A program made the position numbers and the translations under genes. Below, in pieces: positions 5,767 through 13,211 of a DNA stretch of 21,479 nucleotides; within the stretch, counting starts at the first letter, position 1, and each line of letters opens with the position of its first letter. Source of the DNA: Marine Group I thaumarchaeote (GTDB lineage Archaea > Thermoproteota > Nitrososphaeria > Nitrososphaerales > Nitrosopumilaceae); the NCBI GenBank assembly GCA_013390375.1, contig JACATA010000018.1:1-21479 (forward strand), given 5' to 3'. Under the pieces are notes generated by a model, which ran no database searches, was not told the origin of the DNA, and saw only the letters and a program-made list of their open reading frames with translations.

Positions 5767-6411
5767 ATGGCATTGCCAATGGACGGTGATTTTGTTCCTG
5801 ACGATGAAAATTCAGAACGAGCTCCGAATGTAGACAGTTATAGAATTACTTGCATTGATTTCATCAAGGATATTTCACAGGACTACATTGCTTGGGTGGA
5901 TCGCTACGAGTTGCCAGAGGAAGAGGATAAAAAAAGACGAACCGAAATAGCTGCAGTTATTGAACGAACCAACGAATGGATTGCCAAAGTTCCACAAACT
6001 TTCAAGGCTGTTGATGTGGTAATGAATGACGGATTACAAAAAATGGCAGAGGCTACAGCTGGAAAGCCATTTCAGATTGGTGTTTTTGTGGACAAAAAGT
6101 CTGGCTATACGCTGGCAAAACCTGGAATTATTGATGTAAACATCAAGGCTTCAGGCAGGGAGAACAATAAAGCGAAGCTTGGGGTCCACGCAAAGGATCA
6201 AAGGTTTAGAATAGAAGCAACTGGGAAAGCATATTTTGATGAGTCAAACATTCCAAAAGATGAGTATGATCTTTTGGACATTAATTTGAAGCTAAACGCT
6301 GAAGAATGTAAACAGCGTGACGTGATATCATTCACTGTTATTGTGAGCGAAATGAAAGATGGAATGGAGATTGATCGACGGGGAGTTAGTACCGTCATTC
6401 ACATTGTTTAG
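5767..6411 (+). CDS. Hypothetical protein
   Basis: 214-codon ATG-started ORF, divergent from the previous gene across 71 nt. I recognise no motifs. Confidence 0.6.
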   Translation: MALPMDGDFVPDDENSERAPNVDSYRITCIDFIKDISQDYIAWVDRYELPEEEDKKRRTEIAAVIERTNEWIAKVPQTFKAVDVVMNDGLQKMAEATAGKPFQIGVFVDKKSGYTLAKPGIIDVNIKASGRENNKAKLGVHAKDQRFRIEATGKAYFDESNIPKDEYDLLDINLKLNAEECKQRDVISFTVIVSEMKDGMEIDRRGVSTVIHIV

Positions 6412-6425
6412 TTTTGATTTAAGAA

Positions 6426-6869
6426 TTAGATTTTATCAAGCAGCTGTTTCTTTTTTGCCTGAAATTCCTTATTGCTAATAATACCTGCCTTTTTCAACTC
6501 GCCTAGTTTTCTGATCAATTCCACATTATCTTCAGAAGATCTAATCATACGTTTTGCCTTTGTGATTTTTTTTGAGACTGTCTTTTTGGCTTGTGCTCTG
6601 ACTTGTTTACTCAGTTTAAGGCCTCTTATTTTTGCCATCTTGCCAATTTTTTGACCCTTCCTCTTAGCTTCGTCTACAGATTCCAAAAGCTTCTCTAAAA
6701 ACTCTTCATCATTTGGCTTGAAACGTCTCTGAAATTCTTTTATGACAAGAATAGGATATGGCGTCCATTCCACATCATTGTAAAATTGTTTGATGTGTTT
6801 ATCCGGAAGTGTCTTTAGATATTTGATAAGAAAGTCCTCAGATTTTTCGTCCACGGATGTATTTTTCAC
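6426..6869 (-). CDS. Hypothetical protein with a C-terminal SHOCT-like domain
   Basis: The C-terminus VELIRKLGELKKAGIISNKEFQAKKKQLL matches the SHOCT consensus (L..L..L...G.I...EF...K..LL), preceded by a Lys-rich linker. GTG start, 31 nt downstream of the rhodanese stop on the same strand, so the two may be co-transcribed. Confidence 0.55.
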   Translation of the reverse strand: MKNTSVDEKSEDFLIKYLKTLPDKHIKQFYNDVEWTPYPILVIKEFQRRFKPNDEEFLEKLLESVDEAKRKGQKIGKMAKIRGLKLSKQVRAQAKKTVSKKITKAKRMIRSSEDNVELIRKLGELKKAGIISNKEFQAKKKQLLDKI

Positions 6870-6900
6870 TCTAGTTATTAATAATGTTCTAAAACATCAC

Positions 6901-7197
6901 TCACGCCTTTTGCCAGGCCATGAATCCGCCTTCAAGGTTCTTTACATTAAATCCTGCCTTGGCTAATTCATCTGCTGCAATATTTCCGCGGTATCCAGAC
7001 CCACAAAAAGTACAAATCTTTTTTTCTTTGAGATCATCAATCTTGCCCTGTTTGATATTTCTTATAACAAGACCCAAGGGCATGTGAGTTGAGCCATCAA
7101 TCGTGCTATTGGCAAATTCATCTTGCTCTCTCACATCAATTACTACGAATTGGTCAAGTGTCTGCTTTAGCTCCGATGCACTGACTGTATCTGCCAT
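6901..7197 (-). CDS. Single-domain rhodanese-like sulfurtransferase
   Basis: VIDVREQDEF...G..H.P and the active-site loop CGSGYRG (CxxGxR), plus GGFMAWQ at the C-terminus. I prefer the ATG at 7197 (MADTVSASEL) to 7206, based on spacing from the shared AT-rich promoter. Confidence 0.85.
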   Translation of the reverse strand: MADTVSASELKQTLDQFVVIDVREQDEFANSTIDGSTHMPLGLVIRNIKQGKIDDLKEKKICTFCGSGYRGNIAADELAKAGFNVKNLEGGFMAWQKA

Positions 7198-7243
7198 AGG
7201 TAACATGGTTATACTTGATATATTAATTCATTATACTAGAAGT

Positions 7244-8302
7244 ATGGCAAAAGAAGCTATCCTTTATGAAAAAAGACCTAATGACAAGGTTTTGTGTACA
7301 GCGTGTGCTAGGTATTGTGAGATAGGGAAAGGACAGATTGGCCTTTGTGGTATAAGGGGAAATGAAAATGGGAAGCTTGATCTTTACGTTTATGGTAAAG
7401 TTATCGCAGGTCACGTTGACCCAATAGAAAAGAAACCTGTAATTCATTATAATCCTGGAAGCAAGATTTTCTCAATCGCAACCACCGGATGTAACTGGCT
7501 TTGCAAGTATTGTCAAAATTCAGACATCAGCCAGAGACGCAAAGTCGAGGGTGTTGATATGACACCAGAAGAGGTAGCAAATACTGCAGTTGAGTATGGT
7601 GCACAAGGGATAGCGTATACCTACAACCAGCCCTCAATATTCATCGAATTTGCTCGTGACTGTGGCATAGCTGCTAGAAAGAGGGGTCTCTTTAACATCT
7701 TTGTCTCAAATGGCTATGATACGCCAGAAGTAGTCAAGATGATGGATGAGTTCTTGGATTGTATCACTGTTGACTTTAAGGGAAGTGCAGAGCCAGACTT
7801 TACCAGAAAATTCATTGGGGTACCGGATCCCCAGCCAATATTTGACACCATTCTGGAAATCAGAGACAAGACAAAGATTCACACGGAGATTACAGACTTG
7901 ATAGTTCCACAGGTAGGTGACAACCTTGAGCATGCAAGAAAGCTTGCAAAGTTTGTCTATGATGAGTTAGGTCCGGAAACTGTAATTCACTTTTTGCGGT
8001 TCCATCCTGATTACAAGATGATGGAGTATCCATCTACGCCGGTCAAGACTTTGGAAAAGCATTATGAAATTGCAAAAAGCGAGGGACTTAAGTATGTATA
8101 CCTGGGAAACGTTCCGGGACATCCGTGGGAACACACCTACTGTGCAGGATGCAACGAAATTGTCGTGAAAAGATTTGGCTTTGACATACAGGAATGGCAT
8201 CTTGACAAAAACAACAAGTGCAAATTTTGTGGAAATCAGATACCAATTACAGGTCAGCTCGCCAAGGGCTACAAGCAGGAAAGATTTCAGTTTGTGGTAT
8301 AA
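7244..8302 (+). CDS. amrS: AmmeMemoRadiSam system radical SAM enzyme
   Basis: MAKEAILYEK...CTACARYCEIGKGQIGLCG (N-terminal Cys cluster), EKKPVIHYNPGSKIFSIATTGCNWLCKYCQN (CxxxCxxC) and the C-terminal CAGC...CKFC ribbon. The ORF-track N-terminal extension (7103-7243) is antisense to the rhodanese gene and I reject it. Confidence 0.85.
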   Translation: MAKEAILYEKRPNDKVLCTACARYCEIGKGQIGLCGIRGNENGKLDLYVYGKVIAGHVDPIEKKPVIHYNPGSKIFSIATTGCNWLCKYCQNSDISQRRKVEGVDMTPEEVANTAVEYGAQGIAYTYNQPSIFIEFARDCGIAARKRGLFNIFVSNGYDTPEVVKMMDEFLDCITVDFKGSAEPDFTRKFIGVPDPQPIFDTILEIRDKTKIHTEITDLIVPQVGDNLEHARKLAKFVYDELGPETVIHFLRFHPDYKMMEYPSTPVKTLEKHYEIAKSEGLKYVYLGNVPGHPWEHTYCAGCNEIVVKRFGFDIQEWHLDKNNKCKFCGNQIPITGQLAKGYKQERFQFVV

Positions 8303-8339
8303 TCTATCTGCTAGTGTATAATTTTCAAACTGGCGTTGA

Positions 8340-8347
8340 TTTTTTTT
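8340..8347 (+). terminator. Oligo-T (T8) terminator-like tract after amrS
   Basis: A run of 8 T starts 38 nt after the amrS stop. Confidence 0.35.
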
Positions 8348-8390
8348 CTTTATGGAATATTTCTTTTTAAAGATCATCAAAGATACTATA

Positions 8391-9341
8391 ATGTTGAAAT
8401 CTAATTCGGCAAATCTACTGTTGATACTTACCGCTGTCTCCCTATTTTTGATTACAAGCATTGTAACTGTTCAAGCAGAAATGAAGAATGGCGATAACTT
8501 GAACCTACACTATACTGTAGGTGATAAGGTTACGCTCTCATTTTCACCAGTTTTACCTGTAATTCACGTTGATCATCAAGTCGTGGTAGCAAAAGACGGT
8601 AATGAGATATGGAGTCAAACCTTCCATGATCATGACGGGAACTTGGAAATTGAAATTACACCTACTGACAGTTCATCGTTTTCAGTAACAGGCGGTGCAG
8701 ATATTGGTGGCAAAACCTCGACTGGCGCTTTTATGGTTTCTGGACCTGTTTTTAACGAAATGGGTACATATTCTGTCACGGGCACTATAACAGGAATAGA
8801 ATTCATTCCGTTACCAATTCCATTAGCAGACGAATTTAGTATCGAGATTGCTGGTAGTGAAGAGATGGACATGGGTGGCATGGAAATGAAGAGCATGGGA
8901 GAGCATCAAGTAAGTGCCATTTCTTCTGATGGTTCACTCATAGTTAACGTAGATACAAGTGACCCGGTTGCAGGAGAAATGATGTCAGTCACGGTCACAA
9001 TTACTACTGACAAGAAAGTTCACCAGACGAATGCAAACTATGACATTATAATCACCCAAGATGGAAAAACAGTTCTTTCAGAAACAGATGTGTATACAAC
9101 TCACGGCGAGGGTGAACACATGACTGATGTACTAGAATCTAGTAATCCAGTAGACGTTCAAGTCACCTTACAGGGAATCGGAAAGCCTGGTGAGCTCAAA
9201 ACTGGTGCAATGGGCGAAGCAATATCATTCCACGTAGTTCCAGAATTTGGAACAATTGCCATGATAGTATTGGCAGTGGCCGTAGTCAGCATCATAGCAA
9301 TCACTGCAAAGACAAAGATAGCCCTAATCCCAAAACTTTAG
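8391..9341 (+). CDS. PEFG-CTERM sorting-domain secreted protein, Met/His-rich, two related beta-rich domains
   Basis: Signal peptide MLKSNSANLLLILTAVSLFLITSIVTVQA from the ATG at 8391. The C-terminus VVPEFGTIAMIVLAVAVVSIIAITAKTK is the PEFG motif followed by a TM helix and a basic tail. Internal motifs are HVDHQVVVAKDGNEIWSQTFHDHDGN and NANYDIIITQDGKTVLSETDVYTTHGEGEH. Confidence 0.8.
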   Translation: MLKSNSANLLLILTAVSLFLITSIVTVQAEMKNGDNLNLHYTVGDKVTLSFSPVLPVIHVDHQVVVAKDGNEIWSQTFHDHDGNLEIEITPTDSSSFSVTGGADIGGKTSTGAFMVSGPVFNEMGTYSVTGTITGIEFIPLPIPLADEFSIEIAGSEEMDMGGMEMKSMGEHQVSAISSDGSLIVNVDTSDPVAGEMMSVTVTITTDKKVHQTNANYDIIITQDGKTVLSETDVYTTHGEGEHMTDVLESSNPVDVQVTLQGIGKPGELKTGAMGEAISFHVVPEFGTIAMIVLAVAVVSIIAITAKTKIALIPKL

Positions 9342-10174
9342 ACAAAAATTATAGAAGCATAGCCAACAACAGAACTTTTGTCACCAGAGACATCTCCGCT
9401 TGTGGCATACTTTAGCAATTTTCCCTCACTAGCACCCAGTTCCTTGCAGGCAATCATGGTGGATGCAATTGCACCAAACCCACATGCAGTTACATTCCTT
9501 TCATACAAAATCTTGTAAAACTCGTCAACATCTAATTTCAAGATGGGCTCAATTAGCGCAAGATCTTGTCTATGAGCAAACTCATTTTCTTCATAGTGTG
9601 TAAAGTCGGATGAGCCAATCAACAATGCGTCTTTTTTTTGTGCAAGTTTTGCAATTGCAGAGCCCACTTGTGTTGCTATTTTTTGTTCTTGGGTAATTAG
9701 CGAGATAGGGAGAATTTTCATTTCATTAGGAAATGTTTCCTGCAGCATAGGAATTTGAACTTCGATGCTATGTTCTTTTGAGTGAGAAAAAGAATCAAGT
9801 TCCAATATGCCCAAGTCTTCCCTTAATTCTAGTGCTGATTCCGAATCCACTTCAACCAAACCAAGGGGAGTTTTCCAACTGGAGTCAACCATTGACGCAA
9901 CGTTTTGACCAATTCCGTAATGATTGGGCCCAGTGATTATTGCCAGCTTGTTTGTTGATGATGAGATTGAATAAAACGAATGGCATGCAACAGGGCCAGA
10001 ATACACAAACCCAGCATGTGGGCATATCACTCCGTAAATCTTTTGATCAGAATCTGTAGGTGGTATTTTACCAGGACCTAGTTCGTGCAAAAAGCATTCA
10101 TGTATGAGATCTTTTAGCTCCTTTTCATCTCCCGGATAAAACGTTCCAGATACCGCAGGCGTTCTAACTTCCAT
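9338..10174 (-). CDS. amrB: AmmeMemoRadiSam system protein B (MEMO1-like)
   Basis: N-terminus RTPAVSGTFYPGD. The conserved putative metal-site residues are present: CPHAG, GPNHYG, SSDFTHY, TACGFG. The start ATG overlaps the amrA stop by 1 nt (TAATG). Confidence 0.85.
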   Translation of the reverse strand: MEVRTPAVSGTFYPGDEKELKDLIHECFLHELGPGKIPPTDSDQKIYGVICPHAGFVYSGPVACHSFYSISSSTNKLAIITGPNHYGIGQNVASMVDSSWKTPLGLVEVDSESALELREDLGILELDSFSHSKEHSIEVQIPMLQETFPNEMKILPISLITQEQKIATQVGSAIAKLAQKKDALLIGSSDFTHYEENEFAHRQDLALIEPILKLDVDEFYKILYERNVTACGFGAIASTMIACKELGASEGKLLKYATSGDVSGDKSSVVGYASIIFV

Positions 10175-10785
10175 TAGGTTTCCTCTCTTACAATCGCTCC
10201 ATTAGGCGTTTCTTCTTTGAATATAATACCCTCAAACTTTTCAATTTTTACGTCTTCATTTTTCCAAAAGTCCTTTAATAGCCCAGCTTTTTCACATGTG
10301 TGTTGCAGAAATTCTTCCACATTCCAACCATATTCGACAGGAACCTGTGGCAAAAGCAAGCCAGAGGAAAAAGAGTGTCTTACAATGAGACCGTCTCTTC
10401 CAACTTTAATTTTTGACAAATATTCCAACGGATCCGACACATCGATTTCAACTGGCGGTGTAAGTACAGTTACTTCAAACACAATGTCATCCAGTTCCTT
10501 TATTTTTACTGGTGAGAATCTTGGATCCTCAGTGGCAGCAGCGATGGCTCCATCTACTATTGCATGTGACAGTTTTTTTTCAGGCATGGGAAATCCAATG
10601 CAGCCACGTAACCCGTCAGGATTGTTTAAGGTAACAAACACACCGGAATTAAAAGAGAATTTTTCTTCAAGATCTGATTCCAATTTAATTCTATTACCAT
10701 TTGAAAGAAGTTCGGTAACTGCTCTCCTTGCAGCCTTGACCAAAAGAACTCCATCTGAATCAGATAATTGAATGTCCTTGGACAT
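10174..10785 (-). CDS. amrA: AmmeMemoRadiSam system protein A (AMMECR1 domain)
   Basis: GVFVTLNNPDGLRGCIGFPMP, ATEDPRFSPV and LLPQVPVEYGW are AMMECR1 hallmarks. Confidence 0.9.
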   Translation of the reverse strand: MSKDIQLSDSDGVLLVKAARRAVTELLSNGNRIKLESDLEEKFSFNSGVFVTLNNPDGLRGCIGFPMPEKKLSHAIVDGAIAAATEDPRFSPVKIKELDDIVFEVTVLTPPVEIDVSDPLEYLSKIKVGRDGLIVRHSFSSGLLLPQVPVEYGWNVEEFLQHTCEKAGLLKDFWKNEDVKIEKFEGIIFKEETPNGAIVREET

Positions 10786-10844
10786 ATGTGATCAACTGGC
10801 ATGTATTAAAAAAACATTAAATTTTACAAAGCATCCTGTAACAC

Positions 10845-11054
10845 ATGCCGCAACCAATTATGGCAATAGCCGCGTTGGCTGTTATCACTATCGCATTAAT
10901 AGGTCAGGCACGTGAAATGCGAAAGATACGTACAGGAACATATGGCGAAGACTCGATAGGTCACCCAAACATATTCTTGAATAAAAGAAATTTCAAATGG
11001 TATGCACTAATTGCCATTGGATTTGGTTTGGCATATACAGCACAGTTTCTTTAG
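10845..11054 (+). CDS. Small two-TM membrane protein (hypothetical)
   Basis: 69 aa with hydrophobic segments IMAIAALAVITIALIG and WYALIAIGFGLAYTAQFL. TATA-like ATTAAATT (10816-10823) lies 21 nt upstream. Confidence 0.5.
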   Translation: MPQPIMAIAALAVITIALIGQAREMRKIRTGTYGEDSIGHPNIFLNKRNFKWYALIAIGFGLAYTAQFL

Positions 11055-11368
11055 TTATAATCCACTTCTAAAACTACTCTAGATTCATTTGCACGCTTTT
11101 CATCTTCATACTTTAACTGAGATATTTTCTTGCAAAGCGAGATATCATTCACCAAACTAGCTTTACCAACAAAACTTTGTCCACCAAATTCTATTCTCAC
11201 ATCTGGATTTTTTTGCGCATTTCTTAACCAATCACTGTTAGTATTTCTTCGCGAGAAGTATAGCTTACCATTGTACTTTACTGCAAGTAACCATACTTGA
11301 TGTGCTTTTCCGGTCTCTCTTCCTTTTGTTTCCAAAATTGCCTTAAACTTAGTTTCATTATCATTCAT
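11051..11368 (-). CDS. Small split-barrel protein, possibly of the deazaflavin-dependent nitroreductase (DUF385/DDN-like) family
   Basis: ILETKGRETGKAHQVWLLAVKYNGKLYFSRRNTNSDWLRNAQKNPDVRIEFGG resembles the family pattern T.GR.SG......L.....G.......g...dW..N...nP.V.v. The match is from memory. Confidence 0.5.
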   Translation of the reverse strand: MNDNETKFKAILETKGRETGKAHQVWLLAVKYNGKLYFSRRNTNSDWLRNAQKNPDVRIEFGGQSFVGKASLVNDISLCKKISQLKYEDEKRANESRVVLEVDYN

Positions 11369-11381
11369 ACTTTCTTTTCAC

Positions 11382-12524
11382 CTAAGACAATAATTTTAGA
11401 ATCTCATCAATCCTGCAATCTGTTCTGAATCCAGTTGGGTTTAATGAGGTTGGACTTGCCATAAAGCCAGCGTCTTGAAGTTTTTTAATCGCATTTTTCA
11501 TTTTCAATGGAGACTTTTGCATTTTTGATGCAATCTCATCAAGTGTATAGTACGTTGCCGGCATTTCTGATTCTAACGCACATTTTTCTAAGATTTTTCC
11601 ACACCGCTTATCCACTACAAATTTTGGAGCAATCTCTATCATATTCACAACGAATTTTTTTTCGAACAGTTGTCCTATCCATAGTGGACCTCCTATATCG
11701 AGCTTAGAATTGCAGATTTGGCAAATTTCCTCTTGTTTCATAACAGCTTTTCTATTTCCACAAGATTTGCAATGTATAATGTATCCCAGTTGTTCTTTTT
11801 GCCCTGGCTTGTTTAAAATTTTAAGATACACTCTGTAATAATGCATATCATGATGTACAAACTGTGGAATTATCTGAATCCCTAATCTTCCCGCAACAAA
11901 TTCCAAGCAGCCCAAAATTAGCCTAATTGCAATTTCATTAGAATATTCTGTTTTTATTGGTATGCCGTGGTATTTTCTTTGACATGATCTTTTTGATAAT
12001 CCATGTAAGACCTGCAAATCTGTAGCGGTAACTGATAGCATGCCACCATGCATTGTGGCCCTAATTGCACAGTCAAAATATTTTGTTGGTGAACCAAAAG
12101 GATCAACATCAACAATTGAACCTCTTTTGCCTTTCTTCGAATACGAACTGAAAAAGCGACATATCTCGTCCTCAGAAGTATCAAAGTTTGAAATTTCATT
12201 TAGTTTCACAGAATTTTGTGCAATGTTTAGTCCTTCAGAATTTACATCATTAGCTATAACCTTTTCCACATCGGAAATTTCATTTGCAACTCTCAGGGAT
12301 CTAGCACCAAGACCTGCTAACCCATCTAGAAATATTTTTGGTTTGTCAAAATTTTCCCAAAATGCAGAATAAGCTAAAATTGAAAAATCTCGATTAAGTT
12401 TTGCTACTGGATTGAAAAACGCAGGTTCCTTTGGCGGAACTTTCTCCTCAAGTGACTTTTCCGGAACAAGAATTTTAGTGGTACCTTCAGTTATTTCCAC
12501 CAGTTTTTCTTCTATTCTTTGCAA
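11382..12524 (-). CDS. trm1: tRNA (guanine26-N2)-dimethyltransferase Trm1
   Basis: ITEGTTKILVP...FFNPVAKLNRDFS...DGLAGLGARSLR (SAM-binding region), the CKSCG...CQIC zinc motif and a Trm1-type C-terminal domain. I prefer the TTG at 12522-12524 (380 aa). The ORF-track ATG at 12584 would abut or overlap the rnhB coding sequence and has no upstream promoter, whereas ATTATAGG (12547-12554, minus) lies 22 nt upstream of the TTG. Confidence 0.85.
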   Translation of the reverse strand: MQRIEEKLVEITEGTTKILVPEKSLEEKVPPKEPAFFNPVAKLNRDFSILAYSAFWENFDKPKIFLDGLAGLGARSLRVANEISDVEKVIANDVNSEGLNIAQNSVKLNEISNFDTSEDEICRFFSSYSKKGKRGSIVDVDPFGSPTKYFDCAIRATMHGGMLSVTATDLQVLHGLSKRSCQRKYHGIPIKTEYSNEIAIRLILGCLEFVAGRLGIQIIPQFVHHDMHYYRVYLKILNKPGQKEQLGYIIHCKSCGNRKAVMKQEEICQICNSKLDIGGPLWIGQLFEKKFVVNMIEIAPKFVVDKRCGKILEKCALESEMPATYYTLDEIASKMQKSPLKMKNAIKKLQDAGFMASPTSLNPTGFRTDCRIDEILKLLS

Positions 12525-12572
12525 TAGATTTCTTGAATTCTTTTTACCTATAATGGTTAATACTCTTAAAAA

Positions 12573-13211
12573 ATGAAAAATCATATGCGGGTCTGTGGTG
12601 TTGACGAAGCAGGAAGGGGTTCTATGTTGGGTCCTTTAGTTATTGCGGGCATCACCATAAATAGATCAAAAATTAATCTCTTGAAAAAACAGGGCATTCG
12701 TGATTCAAAGAAACTTTCTCCGGCAACAAGAGAACGTCTTTACAAGAAAATCATTAGTATAGTTGACGACTATTATGTGGTAAAAATTCCTCCACGCGTA
12801 ATTGACAAAAGCGTCTTAAGTCATTCTTTAAATCATCTGGAGGCAAAATATATGGCAAAAGTAATATCCAAACTTTCCCCATCAATCGCTTTTGTTGATT
12901 CATGTGATGTCAATTCCAAAAGATTTGGAAAAGAGATTTCAAAACTTACCTCAAACACAAAGATAAGATCATATCATCATGCTGATAGTAAATTTATCAC
13001 AGTTTCTGCCGCATCTATCCTTGCTAAAGTTTCTAGGGATAGGGCAATAACTAGACTGAAGAAGAAACATGATATTGGCAGCGGCTATCCATCAGACCCA
13101 AAAACCAAAGTCTTTGTGAAAAAATCAATACGAAGAAATCAGAACCTGACTTTTCTTCGAAAAAGTTGGAAGCCTGTACAAATCTTAATGAAGAAAAGAA
13201 AATTATCCTAA
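12573..13211 (+). CDS. rnhB: Ribonuclease HII
   Basis: VCGVDEAGRGSMLGPLVIAG, DSKKLS, VDSCD and SAASILAKVSRD...GSGYPSD are RNase HII motifs. The start is either the ATG at 12573 or at 12585. Confidence 0.9.
   Translation: MKNHMRVCGVDEAGRGSMLGPLVIAGITINRSKINLLKKQGIRDSKKLSPATRERLYKKIISIVDDYYVVKIPPRVIDKSVLSHSLNHLEAKYMAKVISKLSPSIAFVDSCDVNSKRFGKEISKLTSNTKIRSYHHADSKFITVSAASILAKVSRDRAITRLKKKHDIGSGYPSDPKTKVFVKKSIRRNQNLTFLRKSWKPVQILMKKRKLS

Noticed and set aside
7103-7243. N-terminal 47-codon extension of the amrS ORF
   Set aside because: It lies antisense to the rhodanese gene and crosses the divergent promoter. The conserved AmrS sequence begins at MAKEAILYEK (ATG at 7244).
7967-8461. 164-aa minus-strand ORF spanning the amrS 3' end and the PEFG gene 5' end
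   Set aside because: It overlaps two well-supported plus-strand genes and their intergenic terminator/promoter region. It has no recognisable motifs.
10217-10771. 184-aa plus-strand ORF
   Set aside because: It is fully antisense to the well-supported AMMECR1 gene. It has a Ser/Thr/Phe-rich, low-complexity composition and no motifs.
12040-12372. 110-aa plus-strand ORF, and 11507..11707 and 11954..12199
   Set aside because: All are embedded in or antisense to the Trm1 coding sequence, which carries clear family motifs.
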